Assembly: GCA_038087875.1 (NCBI GenBank)
Contig: CM075997.1
Location: 7,070,001-7,134,000 of the forward strand
Direction of reading: 5' to 3'
DNA: 64,000 nucleotides
DNA from: Malacoraja senta
Lineage: Eukaryota
Part shown: piece after piece, positions 1-11,409 of the stretch
Numbering within the stretch: position 1 is the first letter of the stretch
Layout of the letters: each line of letters opens with the position of its first letter
The notes under the pieces: generated by a model
Told to the model about the DNA's origin: nothing
Seen by the model: only the letters and a program-made list of their open reading frames with translations
The model's database searches: none
Translations under genes and position numbers: made by a program

Positions 1-489
1 CTTTCTCCTCCTTTCCTCCCTGTGTCCCAACAGGATATGAACCCATTTTTCCCACTGTCCCATTCCCGTTTCTCCCCGGCCCATCCCCATCCCCTTCCAC
101 CTATACCCCTTCAGCTGGGCTCATCGCTCTCTTTATCTGACTCCATTTTGTCTCCTTGTCTTCTGTCTCTGCCATTTTGTCACACTGCTATCTGCTTTTC
201 AACTCTAGACTTTGTCCACCCACCTGCTTATCACATCCCCTTCACCTGTATCCACCTATCACTTGCCAGGCTTTATCCCACCCCACCGCTCCCCTCCCCC
301 CAGCCCCACCCCCCTCTTTTCCAGTTTTTTCAACCCTATGACACTCATGTTCATATATTCTAGGAGCAGAATTAGGCCATTCGGCCCATCACGTCTACTC
401 CATCATTCAATCATGGCTGATCTATCTTTCCCTCTTGACCCCATTCTCCCGTCTTCGCCCCATAACCCCAGACACCCGTACCAACCTCA

Positions 490-880
490 AAATCTTATTG
501 AAACATATAACATTCTCAAGGGATTGGACAGGCTTCATGCAGGAAAAATGTTCCCCATGTTGGGGGAGTCCAGAACCAGGGGTCACAGTTTAAGAATAAG
601 GGGTAGGCCAGTTAGGACTGAGATGAGGAATTTTTTTTTCGCCCAGAGAGTTTTGAATCTGTGGAATTCTCTGCCACAGAAGGCAGCGGAGGCCAATTCG
701 CTGGATGTTTTAAAGAGAGATATACTGCAGTTCTTAGGGCTAACGGAATCAAGGGATATGGGGAGAAAGCAGGAACGGGGTACTGATTTTGGATGATCAG
801 CCATGATCATATTAAATGGCCGTGCTGGCTTGAAGGGCCGAATGGCCTACTCCTGCACCTATTTTCCATGTTTCTATGTT
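490..880 (+). mobile_element. CR1 (HER1-like) LINE 3' fragment
   Basis: Peptide LIETYNILKGLDRL...SRTRGHSLRI...QRVLNLWNSLP, the CR1 ORF2 C-terminus; tail gaagggccgaatggcctactcctgcacctatttt. Confidence 0.9.
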
Positions 881-1605
881 TCCAGCTTGGCAACATATTT
901 TTTACAACATGGCACCCAGAACTGAAATCAATGCTCTAAATGTGGCCTCCGCCTTAAAAAATCTCTGCCATTAACAAATTTCCACCTTATATAATCTCTG
1001 CCTTAAAAAATCTCTGCCTTAAAAAATCTCTGCCTTAAAAAGTCTCCGCCTTAAAAACATCCATTGACTTGGCCACCAGAGCCATCTGTGGCAATAAATT
1101 CCACAGATTCACCACCCTCTCACTAAACAAATTCCTTCTTGGTCTGAAGATGGGTCCTGATCCAAAAATTCAGCTATCCATGTTCTCTCGAGATGGTGCC
1201 TGACCCGCTGAGTTACTCCAGCACTCTGTGCCTTTATCTGCTAAATTAATTTAGCGATGTCAGGTTTAGATTCCACAAGGGACTGAGCTAAGTCTCAGGA
1301 TTAAGACGAACTTGAACCTTTTTACAATAATTTCTCAGGACAGTTACACTTTGACCAGACAGAATTTATTGCCCATCCGAGGTGTCAAGGTTTATTGGAA
1401 AGTGTCATACTAAGCGGAATGGAGCTATCAAAATGGATTAGAATGACAGGGTGAGGCATGTCACAATGTGTTACAGCAACAGGGACAATGTTATGAAGGT
1501 CGCAGCGCTGAAACATTGAATTATACAAAGCCTCCTTTCACAACAGTATGGATTGTGAGCAGCCATTGAATGTTATGGGGGCGCAGTGATGGAGTTGCTG
1601 CCTAA

Positions 1606-1842
1606 AGGGCCTGTCCCACTTTCACGACCTAATTCACGACCTCTGCCGAGTTTGCCCTTGACTCATACTCGCAGCATGGTCGTCACGAGGTCGTAGGTAG
1701 GTCGTAGGTAGGCCGTAGCAGGCCGTGATGCTGGTCGTAGGTACTCGTGGCATCAAGTAGGTCGGGTTTTTTTCCAGCCTGATGAAAAATGTCCACGAGT
1801 AAAAAAGGTCGTGAATTAGGTCGTGAAAGTGGGATAGGCCCT
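1606..1842. mobile_element. PIF/Harbinger-type MITE, family A (short form), inserted in a V-SINE head
   Basis: TIRs agggcctgtcccactttcacgacctaattcacgacc / ggtcgtgaattaggtcgtgaaagtgggataggccct; flanks taa/tta. Confidence 0.8.
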
Positions 1843-2139
1843 TTACCATGCAGGTCACCGGGAGAACGTACAAACTCCGTACAGACAGCACCCGTAGTCA
1901 GGATCGAAAACCGGGTCTCTGGCACTGTGAGGCAGCAACTCTACCGCTGCGCCACCCTGTCGCCACCATTTTATTTTAGATTTATCAACGTCTATAGCTT
2001 TTGTTTCAATTTAATTCACATGGAAGCCATCAAGACTTAGAAACAGATTTACACAATCCAGCCTATTTAATAGAGTTTCCAAATATGCAACGTGAATTAT
2101 TATCCATGGGTCCTTGTGTACTAAATTAATTTAGGTTAG

Positions 2140-2450
2140 TTCAGTTCAGTTTAGTATAGAGATACAGCGCGGAAACAGGCCCTTCGGCCCACCGAGTCCC
2201 TGCCGACCAGCAATCCCCGCACACTAAAACTACCCACACTGGTGTGTAGACACACAAGGGGCAAGTTTACAATTATACCAAAACCAATTAACCTACAAAC
2301 CTGCACGTTTTTGAAGTGTGGGAGGAAACCGGAGCACCCGGAGAAAACCCATGTGCAAACTCCGTACAGACAGCACCTGTAGTCAGGATCGAACCCGGGT
2401 CTCTCGCGCCGTGAGGCAGCAACTCTACCGCTGCGCCACCGTGCCACCCC
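2140..2450 (-). mobile_element. HE1-like V-SINE; about 20 full or partial copies in the window (e.g. 8455-8750, 10875-11165, 15485-15790, 20910-21190, 25990-26270, 36465-36785, 44250-44550, 61720-62010)
   Basis: tRNA-like head (ggcacggtggcgcagcggtagag...ggttcgatcc), V-domain (ggagtttg...gggttttctcc...ggtttcctcccaca), CR1-type tail gggccgaagggcctgtttcc followed by (ctaaa)n. Confidence 0.88.
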
Positions 2451-3901
2451 AAGGAGGTAGTTGAGGCAGGGACTATCACAGCATTTAAAAGACATTTGGA
2501 CAGGTACATGGATAGGATAGATATGGGCCAAAAGCAGGCGGGTGGAGGGGTGGGGGTGTGGGAGTGCGGGGGAAATAGCGGGGGGGGGGGCTAGTGTAGA
2601 AGGGGTATGTTGGTCCTGAAGAATCCCTACATTAGCAAAGAACCTTCAGAGTATTGCTGTTTGTGAGGGTGTGACAGGTGCCTGGGCCTTGACTCTGTGG
2701 ACATGATCCATTGTGTCTTAGGCAGTGATCACCAGGGCAACCGCATGTCGGAGATGGCCCACCATATATCCCATGGGCAAACCTACAGAGTTTCATTACT
2801 GATCTTCATTGATTGAGCACCTAATCAATCTAATTGCACAAATTGTCAGCAATTGCAGTCAGCCTGTGATGAATTCCTTCAGGACCTGCTTGTCCTCTTT
2901 CACATCCATTTGCGTCTGAAGACTGATTATACTTCAGAGCCACTTTTTCACTTCTATGGGGCTGTACCTTTAACCTCACTGGGGTATGTAACATTATTCA
3001 GGGTCAGAGATGTGTCCTACGTTCGAGCTCATATCTATTGCCATTTTTTTAGTTTAGAAATACAGCGTAGAAACAGGCCCTTTGGCCCACTGGGTCCACA
3101 ATGCCCAGCGATCACCCCGTACACTAGCACTAGGCTGGATGGCCTAATTTAGTTTAGTTTAGAAATACAGCGCAGAAACAGGCCTTTCGGCTCACCAAGT
3201 TCCTAAGTTCTTTGAGCAGAGTTAGGCCATTCGGCTCATCAAGTCTACTCCGCCATTCAATCATGGCTGATCTATCTTTCCCTCTCAATCCCATTCTCCT
3301 GCCTTCTTTCCATAGTTCCCTTCTGCCCTGGCACCCGTACTAATCAAGAATCTGGCAATCTCTGCCTTAAAAATATCCACTGACAACCTCCACAGCCGTC
3401 TGTGGCAATGAATTCCACAGATTCACCACCCTCTGACAAAAGTCCGTGCTAACCAGTGATCACCGTACACTAGCACCATCCTACTCATTAGGGACATTTT
3501 GTATTTTTCAGCTTGAAATTGTGCAATCTGGTGCATACTGTAGCGAGTCTTTTAACTTACACTTGAATGCAATATTTATGCTTTAAATTGGATTACTAAT
3601 CAGACTTACTAATCGTACCTACACGCCAGGGACAATTTACATAAGCCAATTCACCTACAAACCCGCAGGCCCTTGGAATGCGATAGGAGACGGGAGCACC
3701 TGGAGAAAACCCACGCGGTCACGGGGAGAAGGTACAAACTCCGCACAGACAGCACCTGTAGTCAGGATCGAACCCGGGACTCTGGCGCTGTATCCATGTA
3801 GACTTGATGGGGCCGAATGGCCTAATTTTGCTCCTATCACTTGTAATCATATGATCACATGAGATCGCCGCGGTGGAGGGAGTGCCGTAGTAAAATACAG
3901 C

Positions 3902-3983
3902 CGGCGTGAGCAGGGTTCGAACCTGCTCTGGGTAACAGCATTGGATTACAAGTCCAACACCTTAACCACTCGACCATCATACA
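3902..3983 (-). pseudogene. tRNA-Ser(TGA)-derived pseudogene; anticodon now reads TGT
   Basis: Reverse complement TGTATGATGGTCGAGTGGTTAAGGTGTTGGACTTGTAATCCAATGCTGTTACCCAGAGCAGGTTCGAACCCTGCTCACGCCG (82 nt). A box, B box and long variable region are present, with TTTT just downstream. The acceptor stem is mismatched. Confidence 0.8.
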
Positions 3984-4377
3984 AAAGTGTCCACCTGTTC
4001 CTTGCCGGTGGGACAATAACTCCGCTGTTTCTACCCCATTCATGGACCAGGGGCCTCCCTGGGCTCGAGTCAAAGAACACACATCCCATAACCATTCCAA
4101 TTCAATCCGAACTCTGGTTCCTTCAGCAGATTGAGCCCATTAGCTAAAGCTTCATCGCCCCTCTGTACAATAAATCCTTGTCAGAATCATTAATCAGCTT
4201 TGAAAAAAAATCGGGACTTTTAGTTTAGTTTAGTTTAGTTTAGAGATACAGAGCGGAAACAGGCCCTTCGGCCCACCCAGTCCGCACCGACCAGCGATCC
4301 CCGCACATTAACACTACCCTACACACACTGGGGACAAATGTACCCATACACCAAGCCAATTAATCTTCATACCTGTA

Positions 4378-5394
4378 GGTAAACAAAAATGCTGGAGAAA
4401 CTCAGCGGGTGCAGCAGCATCTATGGAGCGAAGGAAATAGGTAACGTTTCGGGCCGAAACCCTTCTTCAGACTGATAGGGGGTGGGGAGAAGAAAGGAAA
4501 AAAGGAAAAAGGCGGAGGAGGAGCCTGAGGGCTGGGGGAGGGGAGGAGACAACCTGTACGGAGTTTGTACGTTCTCCCCGTGACCTGCGTGGGTTTTCTC
4601 CGAGATCTTCGGTTTCCTCCTACTCTCCAAAGACATACGGGTTTGTAGGTTAAGTGGCTTGGTATAAATGTAAAAGTCGGTGCAGACTCGGTGGGCCGAA
4701 GGGCCTGTTTCCGTGCTGTATCTCTAAACTAAACTAAACTAAAACGAGAGGAATGTTTTAGGAGTTGGGGATTTAGGAATTGTCTCTAGTGTGTTTAGGA
4801 TAGTGTTACTTTCACGACCTAATTCACGACCTTTTTTACTCGTGGACATTTCAAGTCAAGTCAAGTGTCAAATGAGTTTATTGTCATGTGTCCCTGATAG
4901 GACAATGAAATTCTTGCTTTGCTTCAACACTACAGAACATAGTAGGTACACAAAAATGCTGGAGAAACTCAGCGGGTGCAGCAGCATCCATGGAGCGAAG
5001 GAAATAGGCAACGTTTCGGGCCGAAACCCTTCTTCAGACTGATAGGGGGTGGGGAGAAGAAAGGAAAAAAGGAAAAAGGCAGAGGAGGAGCCTGAGGGCT
5101 GGGGGAGGGGAGGAGACAACCAGAGGGCTGATGAAGGGGAGGGGACAGCAAGGGCTAGCAGAATTGGGAGAATTCAATGTTCAAGCCCCCAGGATGTAGA
5201 CTGCCCAAGCGGAATATGAGGTGCATTTCCTCCAATTTACGGTGTTGCTCGCTGTGGCCATGGAGGAGACCCAGGACAGAGAGGTCAGATACGGAATGGG
5301 AGGGGGAGTTGAAGTGCTGAGCCACCGGGAGGTCAAGTTGGTTAATGCGGACCGACCGGAGGTGTTCGGCGAAACGATCGCCGAACACCTCCTA
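4378..5394 (-). mobile_element. Penelope-like composite insertion: two direct 3' repeats flanking cargo, plus GIY-YIG C-terminus
   Basis: ORF 5155-5388 (-) GDRFAEHLRSVR...PVAQHFN...LGSLHPGGLN. Repeats at 4378-4553 and 4943-5120. TSD atacctgta at 4369-4377 and 5395-5403, inside a V-SINE. Confidence 0.8.
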
Positions 5395-5954
5395 ATACCT
5401 GTACGTCTTTGGAGTGTGGGAGGAAACCGGAGATCTCTGAGAAAACCCTCCCGGTCACGGGGAGAACGTGCAGACTCCGTACAGACAGCACCCGTGGTCG
5501 GGATCGAACCAGGGTCTCCAGCGCTGCAAGCGCTGTGAGGCAGCAACTCTACCGCTGCGCCACCGTGCCACCCAGCCACGCCAAAAGTGAACAGAACACT
5601 TTTTTAAATCCACAAGGTGATGTTGAGCAGCCTTAAGTTTTGTTTACAGGGAAAATGGTGGTCTGATTAATTCTGGTGGATCTTTAGCACATTGGTGGGG
5701 GGAACAGCAAACCCCTCTCCAGTGCTGACGGTGGGTGCTCTTGCTCAGAGCTCCATTGAACTTAGAACATAAAGCAGTACAGCACAGGAACAGGCCCTTC
5801 GGCCCACAATATCTGTGCCGAACATGATGCCAAGACCAACTCTAATCTGCCAGCACATATAGTTTTTAGTTTTTTTACTTTCAGAGGTACAGCGCGGAAA
5901 CAGGCCCTCCGGCCCACCGGGTCCGCGCCGACCAGCGATGGCCCTGCACACTAA

Positions 5955-6255
5955 AGCCCGCCTGTCCCATGATGCGAGTTTACCCAAGAGCTCTCCTGAG
6001 TTTTAAAAAAAAATCAAACTCGTGGTAAGTACGTAGAATGTACCTAGCGGGTACGTCGGAGCTCGTGGATGTCTTGTAGCGGCTCGTAATGCTAACGGCA
6101 GGTACTCGGGAAACGCGGAAACTCTTGAATTTTTTTCAACAGTGTGAAAAATATCCAAGAGTAAAAAAATACTCGTGATGAAGTACCATGAGTTTGATTT
6201 TTTTTTTTAAATTCGGGAGAGCTCTTGGTTAAACTCGCATCGTGGGACAGGGGCT
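5955..6255. mobile_element. PIF/Harbinger-type MITE, family B
   Basis: TIRs agccc..cctgtccca / tgggacaggggct; internally similar to the copies at 55913, 57709 and 58625; interrupts a V-SINE. Confidence 0.75.
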
Positions 6256-6532
6256 AAACACTACCCCACGCACACTAGGGACAATTTACATTTATACCAA
6301 GCCAATTAACCTACAAACCTGTACGCCTTTGAAGTGTGGGAGGAAACTGAAGATCTCGGAGAAAACCCACGCAGGTCACGGGGACAACGTACAAACTCCG
6401 TACAGACAGCACCCGTAGTCGGGATCGAACCCAGGTCTCTGGTCTCTGGCGCTGTAAGGCAGCAACTCTACCACTGCGCCACCACGTCACCCCGATAGAT
6501 TATGTGCAATCCTCCATTCCCTACATATACAA

Positions 6533-6760
6533 GATAGACACAAAGTGCTGGAGTAACTCAGCGGGACAGGCAGCATCTCTGGAGAGAAAGGAATGGGCGA
6601 CGTTTTGGATGGGGACCCTTCTTCAGTCAGTCTGAAGAAAGGTCCCGACCCGAAACGTCACCCATTCCTTCTCTCCAGAGATGCTGCCTGACCCGCTGAG
6701 TTACTCCAGCATTTTGTGTCTATCTTCGGTGTAAACCAGCATCTGCAGTTCCTTTCTACA
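6533..6760. mobile_element. Short fold-back (inverted) PLE tail pair with hammerhead motif
   Basis: gctggagtaactcagcggg...cccttcttcag followed by its inverse ctgaagaa...cccgctgagttactccagc and an extra 3' tail. Confidence 0.75.
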
Positions 6761-7127
6761 TATCCATTTCTTTAACACCACCACCGTATCTGGTTCCACC
6801 ATCACCCCTGGCAACGTGTTCCAGGCACCCACCACCCTCTGTATAAAAAAAACATGCCCCGTACATCTCCTTTAAACTTTGACGCCCTCACCTCAAAGCT
6901 ATGCCCGCTGGTATTTGATGTTTCCATCCTGGGAAAAAAGGTTCTGACTGTCTACCCTGTCTGTGCCTCAGATAATCAGGTCTCTCTCTTCAATCTGCGG
7001 CCTTCTAGAGAAAACAATCCAATCTGTCCAGACTCTCCTTATAGCTAACATCATCTACTCCAGGCATCATTCTGGTAAACCTCCTCTGCACCCTCTCCAA
7101 AGCCTCCACATCCTTCCTGTAATGGGG

Positions 7128-7655
7128 CAATAGACAATAGACAATAGACAATAGACAATAGGTGCAGGAGTAGGCCATTCGGCCCTTCGAGCCAGCACCG
7201 CCATTCAATATGATCATAACTGATCATCCCCACTCAGTACCCCGTTCCTGCCTTCTCCCCATATCCATGACTCCGCTATTTTTAAGAGCCCTATCTAGCT
7301 CTCTTTGGGAAGCATCCAGTGAACCTGCCTCCACCGCCCTCTGAGGCAGAGAATTCCACAGACTCACAACTCTCTGTGTGAAAAAGTGTTTCCTCATCTC
7401 CGTTCTAAATGGCTTACTCCTTATTCTTAAACTGTGGCCCTGGTTCTGGACTCCCCCAACATCGGGAACATGTTTCCTACCTCTAGTGTGTCCAAGCCCT
7501 TAACAATCTTATATGTTTCTATGAGATCCCCTCTCATTCTTCTAAACTCCAGAGTGTACAAGCACAGCTGCTCCATTCTCTCAGCATATGACAGTCCCGC
7601 CATCCCGGGAATTAACCTTGTAAACCTACGCTGCACTCCCTCAATAGCAAGAATG
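7128..7655 (-). mobile_element. CR1 LINE 3' fragment with (ATTGTCT)n tail
   Basis: ORF 7427-7774 (-) EGVQRRFTRLIPGM...GDLIETYKIVKG; tagacaa repeats. Confidence 0.9.
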
Positions 7656-8792
7656 CCGATCAGAACCATACTATGGCGCATGGTGTAAATCCATCTGCTT
7701 CTTGCCTGGGAACATGTGGAACAATAACTCCACTCTTGTAACCTTCCCCTACAGAGCAATGATCTATTCAACATTTCCCTTGAACTTTGACCCCTTTAGT
7801 ACAGGTGTCAGGGGTTATGGGGAGAAGGCAGGAGAATGGGGTTAGGAGGGAGAGATAGATCAGCCATGATCTTCTGGGGAAGATGTGACATTTTGGGTTG
7901 AGACCCTTCTTCAGACATGATTGAATGGCTGAGTAGACTTGATGGGCCGAATGGCCCAATACTTCTATCACTCATGACCTTATGACCTTTGATCTCTCGT
8001 TTTCACACCGTACCCTTCCATATGTGTGTGTCTCCCTCTCCCCTGACTCTCAGTCTGAAGAAAGGGTCTCGACCTGAAACATCACCCATTCCTTCTCTCC
8101 AGAGATGCTGCCTGGTCCCGCTGAGTTACTCCAGCATTTTGCGTCTATCTTCACTATTTCTACCCCATTCATAGACTAGGGGACCTCTCTTTGCTGGGGT
8201 TAAAGGATACAGGTTCCAGTGCCGTTCCAATTCAATACAATCTGTGGCCTTTGAACAGACTGAGCCCATTAGCTAACCTTTATTGCCCCACTGTGGAATA
8301 AGTCTTAGTCTGAATCATTAATCAGTTTCGAAAGCAAATCTGAACAGAGCATTTAAAAAACCCACTTGAGTGATAAAGATGAAGATGATATTTCAGCAGC
8401 ATTAACTTTTGTTTACAGGGAAAGTGGTGGGCTAAATGGTTCTGGTGGATTACTTAGGGTTCAGTATAGAGACACAGCATGGAAACAGGCCCTTCGGCCC
8501 ACCGCGTCCACGCCGACCAGCGATCCCTGTACACTAACACTACCCTACGCACATACTCGGGACGATTTTTAATTACACCGAGCCAATTAGCCGACAAACC
8601 TGCACGTCTTTGGAGTGTGGGTGGAAACCGGAATACCTGGAGGAAACCCTTGAGGGTCACGGGGAGAACGTGCAAACTCCGTACAGACAGCACCCGTAGT
8701 CAGGATGGAACCGGGGTCTCTGGCGCTGTGAGGCTGCACCACCGTGCCGCCCACATCAATTCTGGAAAATCTCTCATTCGCAATATGGTTGT

Positions 8793-9192
8793 GCCCCTGT
8801 CCCACTTAGGCGATTTTTTAGGCGACTACAGGCGACTAGACTGTCACCACATGTTCGCCTGTACAGTCGCGAGTTGTCTACTCAGTCGCCCAAAGAGTCG
8901 TAGCGTTTTTCTGGTCGCCGCTGGAATTTGAAATGTTCAAAACCTTTCGGCGACAGTTGGCTTGACGCCAGTGAGCGTAGCTTGACTTCTCCTGACGTAG
9001 GTGCTGCCCTAGGTTGTCGCCAGGATGACGTAGGTTGTCGCCGGTGCTGTCTTCGGTGAATTCCATTGGCGACTACCAACGTCAACCTAAGTCAACCGGC
9101 GACAGGTACCGGCGACTGAATTGTCTTCGGTTGTGGCCGACAGGGTCGTAGCTCGTCGTAGCTTGTCGCGGGTGGACGTAGGTTGTCGTAGG
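8793..9192. mobile_element. PIF/Harbinger-type MITE, family C; one TIR only
   Basis: gcccctgtcccactta TIR; shares ctcagtcgcccaaagagtcgtagcgt with 60480-60809. Confidence 0.65.
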
Positions 9193-9561
9193 TGTGCACA
9201 CCAAGTAACCCTTGCTTTCCCCCTCTCTCCATCCCTCCCCTCTCCCCCACCCTGTTTGTGCGCCTCGTTGTCACCTTCCCCTCAACCAACAATGATCCAA
9301 TCTACATTTACCTTGATCTCCGTCCCCTTTGATCTCTTGTTTTCACACCTTACCCTTCCATATCTCTATGCCTCCCTCTTCCCTGACTCGCAGTCTGACG
9401 AAGGGTCTCGACCCGAAAATTCACCCACTCCTTCTAGCCAGAGATGCTGCCTGTCGCGCCGAGTAACTCCAGCATTTTCTGTCTATCTTCGGTGTAAACC
9501 AGCACCCGCAGTTCCTTCCAACAACATTTATTAATACCAATCTCATTTATTGCTGATTCAT

Positions 9562-10125
9562 ATAACCATATAACAATTACAGCACGGAAACAGGCCTTCT
9601 AGTCCGTGCCGAACACTTATTCTCTCTAGTCCCATCTACCTGCACTCAGACCATAACCCTCCATTCCTTTCCCGTCCATATACCTATCCAATTTATTTTT
9701 AAATGATAAAATCGAACCTGCCTCCACCACTTCCACTGGAAGCTCATTCCACACAGCTACCACTCTCTGAGTAAAGAAGTTCCCCCTGATGTTACCCCTA
9801 AACTTCTGTCCCTTAATTCTCAAATCATGTCCTCTTGTTTGAATCTTCCCTACTCTCAATGGAAAAAGCTTATCCATGTCAACTCTGTCTATCCCTCTCA
9901 TCATTTTAAAGACCTCTCTCAAGTCCCCCCTTAATCTTCTGCGCTCCAAAGAATAAAGACCTAACTTGTTCAACCTTTCTCTGTAACTTAGTTGCTGAAA
10001 CCCAGGCAACATTCTAGTGAATCTCCTCTGTACTCTCTCTATTTTGTTGACATCTTTCCTATAATTTGGTGACCAAAATTGTACTCCATACTCCCGAATT
10101 GGCCTCACCAATGCCTTGTACAATG
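9562..10125 (-). mobile_element. CR1 LINE 3' fragment
   Basis: ORF 9626-10123 (-) YKALVRP..EYGVQFWSP...ERVQRRFTR; (tatggtta)n tail. Confidence 0.9.
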
Positions 10126-11409
10126 TTTAGTTAGTTTAGAAAAGGGATTGCGTGACGTTTCGGGTCGAAACCTTTTTCTATCTGATGCTGCATGACCCGC
10201 TGAGTTGCTCCAGCATTTCGTGTCTATCTTTGGTATAAACCAGCACCTGCATAGAGTTATAGAGAGATACAATGTGGAAACAGGCCCTTCGGCCCAACTT
10301 GCCCACACCGACCAACATGTCCATCTACACTAGTCCCATCTGCCTGCGTTTGGCCCATATAAGGTCATAAGTGATAGAAGCAGAATTAGGCCATTCGGCC
10401 CATCAAGTCTACTCCACCATTCAATCGTGGCTGATCTATCTCTCCATCCTAACCCCATTCTCCTGCCTTCCCCCCATAACCCGTACTGATCAAGAATCGA
10501 TCTATCTCTGCCTTAAAAATATCCACAGCCTGCTGTGGCAAATAATTCCACAGATTCACCACCCTCTGACATATCCCTCTATCTGTGTCTGAAGAAGGGT
10601 CTCGACCCGAAACACCACCCATTCCTTCTCTCCAGAGATGCTGCCTGTCCCGCTGAGTGACTCCAGCTTTTTGTGTCTATATTTGGTGTACTCTGTAGAA
10701 TAACGAACTCTGCAATCTAGTCAATATTGCTTTCCCTGGTTCTTTCTGCCAAAATATGTCACTTCGTACTTCGCTGAATTAAATTTCATCATCTACTAAT
10801 CTGCACACTCTATCACCATCTTTTGCAGTCTGTTACTCTTGCTCGTAGTATACACACCTCCAAGATGCAAGCTTATTTAGTTGAGAGATACAGCGTGGAA
10901 ACAGGCCCCCTCAGCCAACGAGTCCCTGCCGACCAGCGATCCCCGCACACTAACACCATCCTACACACACTTGGGACAATTTTACATTTATACCAAGCCA
11001 ATTAACCTACAAACCTGCACGACTTTGGAGTGTGGGAGGAAACTGAAGGTCTCAGAGAAAAGTCACGGGGAGAACATGCAAACTCCGTACAGACAGCACC
11101 CGTAGTCAGGATCGAACCCGGGGTCTCTATGAGGCAGCAACTCTACCGCTGCGCCACCGTGCCGCCAGTTATTGAAAGTTTAATGAGTCATAGATCATAG
11201 AACGTAGAGAGGTACAGCACAGGAACAGGCCCTTCGGCCCACAATGTCCTTGTTGAACATGATGCCAAGACCATCTCTTATCTATCGAATCTCATCTGCC
11301 TCCGCCCAATCCAAACCCCTCCATTCCCTGCATATCCATGTTGGAGAGAAAGTATTGGCTCCCAAACAATATCCAACGCAACAAAAGTAGTTCATAAATT
11401 CATAAATTA

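Noticed and set aside
3990..4170. Faint resemblance of the fossil ORF to Gypsy protease/RT or L1 ORF2
   Set aside because: Motif spacing is inconsistent; not supportable without a search.
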